In this document: in pieces, positions 59,956 to 64,000 of the stretch
Layout: the number at the start of each line of letters is the position of its first letter
How positions within the stretch are numbered: the stretch's first letter is position 1
NCBI GenBank assembly: GCA_024704765.1
Contig: JAKMXF010000022.1
Span: 310,001 to 374,000 of the forward strand
Length of the DNA stretch: 64,000 nucleotides
Reading direction: 5' to 3'
Source of the DNA: Oopsacas minuta
Taxonomy: Eukaryota > Animalia > Porifera
Translations under genes and position numbers: made by a program
The notes under the pieces: generated by a model
The model's database searches: none
Told to the model about the DNA's origin: nothing
What the model saw: the letters and a program-made list of their open reading frames with translations, nothing else

Positions 59956-61509
59956 ATGATCAGAATTCTAATTGTTTTATTCTACTATTATTCTCAATAC
60001 TAAGTTGTCTTGGTTTCATATCTGAATATGGAGAACTAACTAATCCAGAAGGATTAGCTATAATGACAATTCACAAGCCTGAGATTTGTATTGCTAAAGC
60101 CCAGAAGAATGATGTTGTATCTTATCATTATATTGGACGGCTGCTATCTGACAATTCTGTGTTTGGTAGAAGGTTAGTATAATTATTACGTAATAATTTT
60201 TCAAATAATGATAATTTAATGTATCAATTATTTGTTTACAGTTTCGACTATAACACACCATACATTACTCCATTGGGAGACGCTAAGATAATAGCAGGTA
60301 TGGATCAGGGATTGATTGGGACGTGTTTAGGAGAAAGAAGGAGGATCACAATCCCACCTCACCTGGGGTATGGTAAGAAAGGAGCGGGAGCTAATATACC
60401 ACCTGATTCTACCCTTGTATTCTATATAAAACTATTAGAAATTGAGCGTGTAAGTTCAATCAATTTTCATAAGGAAATATACCATGAATTTTATTCTACT
60501 TCTCTATAGGACGGTATCTCTATTGGATCTGATCAGACTCTTGAAGCAGTATACAATACTGCTAACAGGAATTACGAGGCTAAGAATTGGCGTAATTCCA
60601 TTAATGCGTTTGAATTCGCATTGAATCTTTTCCGCGAATTTGAAAATAAAACTGTGGAATGTGTTAGACAATGCAATAAGTGAGTAATCTGCGAGATTTG
60701 AATATTCACAATTAACCTATTTATTCGTATATTATATTAGTAACTCATTATTTGATGATATTGTGGAAATTGATGAAATACTACTCTCTTCTTCCATTAA
60801 TGGTATTGGCTCTGTTAAAGATTTACTACCAATGCTACAAACATCGAAATGCTTACAGTCTTGTAGAAAATACTCCTTCAAAAGCAAAGAATTAGATGTT
60901 TCCTATGATATTATCTATACTTTCTTCTCGAAACATTTCTATCTCGTCTTACAATGGGCTTATAACCAAGTAATTAGAATTGAGTAGCATAATTCCGTAA
61001 ATAGTCTAGATACAGTGGTGTTCGCATAAGAGCATATTTTTCAGTAACTTATAGTCCATTTTGGTATTGGAAATAATTCCTTTATTAGCAAGGAAAATTC
61101 GTGCAAAATACGACTGGCTGATAGGCGAACTCCACTGTGTTTGTTTTCAATATATTTCCATTTAAATGTATTCAATAGCAGAAACTTGTATTCTATAATT
61201 CATCAGCTCTTACTACACACAGATAGGGGATGACTACAATGCTGCTGTATACAATCAAATGTACTACAATTTATACCCAGATGTAGAAATGGCTAAAACT
61301 AACAGACAGTATTATAATCGTAAATTGGGAGAAGATTACAAATCTGTTAGAAACAGAGCAGTTACATACAACACTCATTCTTATTACATTTCTGGAGTTG
61401 AAGGTTTGTTATTGTTTGTGTTCTCAAGAATATGTTTTGATTCGATTTATATAATTTAGTTAGCAAATTAAACAACAAACTGTTTTATGAAATCTGTGAA
61501 AACAGATAA
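59956..61509 (+). CDS. Secreted FKBP-type PPIase fused to a CRTAP/leprecan-like helical domain. Exons 59956-60172 (apparent 1-nt frameshift near 59981), 60242-60449, 60510-60679, 60741-60969, 61223-61403, 61460-61509; 3' end uncertain
   Basis: IHKPEICIAKAQKNDVVSYHYIGRL...GMDQGLIGTCLGERRRITIPPHLGYG...IPPDSTLVFYIKLLEIER| then VYNTANRNYEAKNWRNSINAFEFALNLFREFENKTVECVRQC...SKCLQSCRK...FYLVLQWAYNQ|...YPDVEMAKTNRQYY. Confidence 0.75.
61011..61139. mobile_element. TA-type MITE, about 125 bp, in an intron of the FKBP-leprecan gene
   Basis: TA|CAGTGGTGTTCGCAT ... AGGCGAACTCCACTG|TG; 14 of 17 inverted positions match. Confidence 0.75.
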
Positions 61510-61926
61510 ATGTAAGTTAGAAGGAATCGAATTATTCAAGGAAATTACTACAACCTCTAATTAATTGAATTGAATAGTAATAGCTATAAATAAATACAGA
61601 AACCATTACCTATTAACGTATCTGTAGAGGTGTGATTAATACTAATATTTCAGGCCCTTTTTAGATCCAGCGATTATTTGAGTTCCCTTAACATTGACAG
61701 AGCCAAATTGCATGATCACGTACCATGAATCTATTCTCCTTTCTTGTACTACTGGGTTGTGAATGAACATTTATGTCCCAGATTTCCTCGGTATCCCAGT
61801 TGGTACTTACGTAGCTATGCAATGCCCAGTGAAGTGCAAATATTCGAAGGGGGTACTATCCGAGATTTCATTCACTTGATTAATACAATTTGTAACAGTA
61901 TTAAACACAATGTACATAAATATTAT

Positions 61927-64000
61927 TCAGAATACACTCAATAGTTCCTTTCTAACTGAAGCTACGTTATCATCTGTCTTTATGATAGATAAATAAGTGA
62001 AAAACAAAGCATAAGCAGATAGAATATGCCACACGTCATGTGTGTCGTAGAATCCCCATAACACACAGTCTCTGTTCATTTCTTTAGATACTACAGTACC
62101 CAAGGACCAATTAGTTACTGGATGTGAGTAAACACTGAATGCTATAATCCAAATAGCACAGCTTAATATCCCAATTGAGATTGTTACTACTAACACACCA
62201 GTGTTATATCTGTATTCCCTTTTGATTACTTTCATTAGCCAGTAATAGCAGAGATAGAAAAAGAAGTTTCCAACAAATATTCCTAGAAGTATAGTCACCA
62301 TTTCCAGCTTGGGTATGAATATGAGACAGCAGGCGCCACACAAGTTAATACCCAAAACAAAGCATATGTGTATAACGCGATGTTTGTTGTGATTAGGCCA
62401 GAATACACGATACACTGATTGTCTCCGTGTAAACACGTCATGTATCGTGAATATTATAAGAGAAGCATTTCCGAGATAATATAGGTTTATTAGTAGCGTT
62501 AGTGTGATTAGAAATACGAATAAAATGTATATAGTCCGTATACAGTAGAGGAATGATGAAGATTCGAATGCATCTAATAACGATAGACAAGTAAATATTC
62601 CTAGTAGGAGAATGAATGTGTGAGAGGATAGGTTTGAGCCTGCATGTCTGTAAGTGTAGAGTTGTAGGATAATTAGCAATAAACTCACAAACATGAATAG
62701 GGTGTCATATTTATAGTTACCCGCGTTAGGACAGGCGTGATACAATGCACTCATAAATCCCTCTGTTATCATACTACATCCCATGGCTAGTTCTAGTCCT
62801 ATGTATTTGTCAACCCCTCTCTTTGCTGGAAGGTTATCTCTGCTATAGCGAGCAGCAACGATTAACATAAACAATACCCCGAGTATGACAAATCCACTAT
62901 TGCTCCATACATTGTTAAACGCGTACAAATTGCCCAGACGTGAAGCACATCTTGCATTGTAGAAACAGAAATCTAGATCTCCTTGTTGTAGAGCTATTTG
63001 TTGTTTCAGGAACGTGCTCTGTAATGCTGGTATACAGAAGAACAAGCAAATAGAGCATAAACCCCAAACAAAACGCATATACTTCTTATCCAAATAATTA
63101 TTAGAAGGATCAGTCAAACTTTGTTTAGTTTCTAAATTCCAACTTAATTCTGAAAATAATTCCTGATAAGTTCTCTTCTTTTCTTCGAATTCTTCTCTGT
63201 CTTTCCGAGATAATAGATCAGAACATTCTTCACAGCTTTCTGTGGCAAAGAAGATTAATACAAATCTTGGATTCTTCGAATGCATAAATTTCTCAAATAT
63301 GAAAATTAAGAAGAACACTAGATACATCGGAGCGAATAAACAAGGAAATAAACAAATTTTCACCCAAAAATTATTCTCAAATTTGTTTTCATTTTCTTTC
63401 AAAACAGTAACATTCAATTTAATATGTGTATTTTGATTCTCCGAGCTTGACTGAATATTACAGATTTTTGGATTCACGAGCTTCAAAACTAGGAAGAACT
63501 CATTACTCCCGTTCCATTCATTCAATGGTATATATGCAAACTTCCTCATAAGAAAATGCTCAGTATTTTCAGCTAGCTGAGAACCAGGTACAGGTGGATA
63601 ACTATCATGATGTATCTCTCCTCTAATACAATAAATATCTTCTAAGTATATCTTAATATTGAGATGAGAATGGTTATTAGTTTGATAATCATCTTTGCTA
63701 CGAAGAATATTGTTGATAGAAGAATAGTATAATAGTAGAGGAGAGGAATAAGCTAACGTCAAAGGAGGGGTCGAAACACCATCTTGTAAGAATAAGTAAT
63801 CTACAGAAAAGTAATTGAAAGAATTAAATATTATACACGTAAATATTTCTAATTATATACTTACCTATACTTGAAAATATAATTTGATACATAATATAAT
63901 TAACAGAGTGTGTAATTAAGACAACATCCACCTCTTCAGTATGATTATTCTCTAATTTACTACAACAAATAGTATATTTTACAGAATAGTGTAATCTCTC
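61927..64000 (-). CDS. SID-1/ChUP family transmembrane protein (SIDT1/2-like). Exons 63865 to beyond 64000 and 61927-63782; the gene runs off the window
   Basis: DLDFCFYNARCA...FNNVWSNSGF; EGFMSALYHACPN...YDTLFM; CVLWGFYDTHDVWHILSA...DD...VF. An upstream exon is open to the window edge and joins in phase 1 (ag|gtaagt...cttacaag|). Confidence 0.93.

Noticed and set aside
61590-61926. Coding-looking sequence between the FKBP-leprecan gene and SID-1
   Set aside because: No phase-consistent open splice path was found on either strand; left unresolved.
63762-63782. Apparent ATG one base out of frame with the SID-1 ORF
   Set aside because: The ATG sits at a splice acceptor. A phase-matched upstream exon (63865 to the window edge) is open, so no frameshift is needed.

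Overview
This is a eukaryotic, AT-rich window from a very compact metazoan genome. The gene content and the 50-90 nt introns suggest an early-branching animal such as a glass sponge (inference only). Bases 1-12.6 kb are gene-poor and full of repeat remnants; they hold a CNC/Maf-type bZIP gene and the 3' half of ATP6AP1, which has kb-sized introns. Bases 12.8-64 kb are densely packed with about 24 genes, mostly on the + strand and often intronless: WWE-PARP, RNF5/185, KMT2/Trx with a nested MRPL35, two NHL-repeat paralogs, a CCDC60-like gene, TRIT1, YPEL, D2HGDH, CFAP77, IFT57, QSOX, PPCS, TMED10, PIGO, TLCD, ARFGAP2/3, POLR2H, a Cys-less Ig-domain gene, BBLN, whirlin-like, SGF29, an FKBP-leprecan fusion and a SID-1 family gene. 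Three observations stand out. (1) Nearly every start codon has a splice-acceptor-like site just upstream, and co-directional spacers are as short as 73 bp, which suggests spliced-leader trans-splicing and operons. (2) An FKBP PPIase domain is spliced in frame to a CRTAP/leprecan-like domain. (3) MRPL35 is nested on the same strand in the KMT2 intron that splits PHD finger 2. Several TA-flanked MITEs, several palindromes and a 19-bp Nextera/Tn5 adapter remnant are also present. Gene names come from my recognition of motifs, not from database searches.
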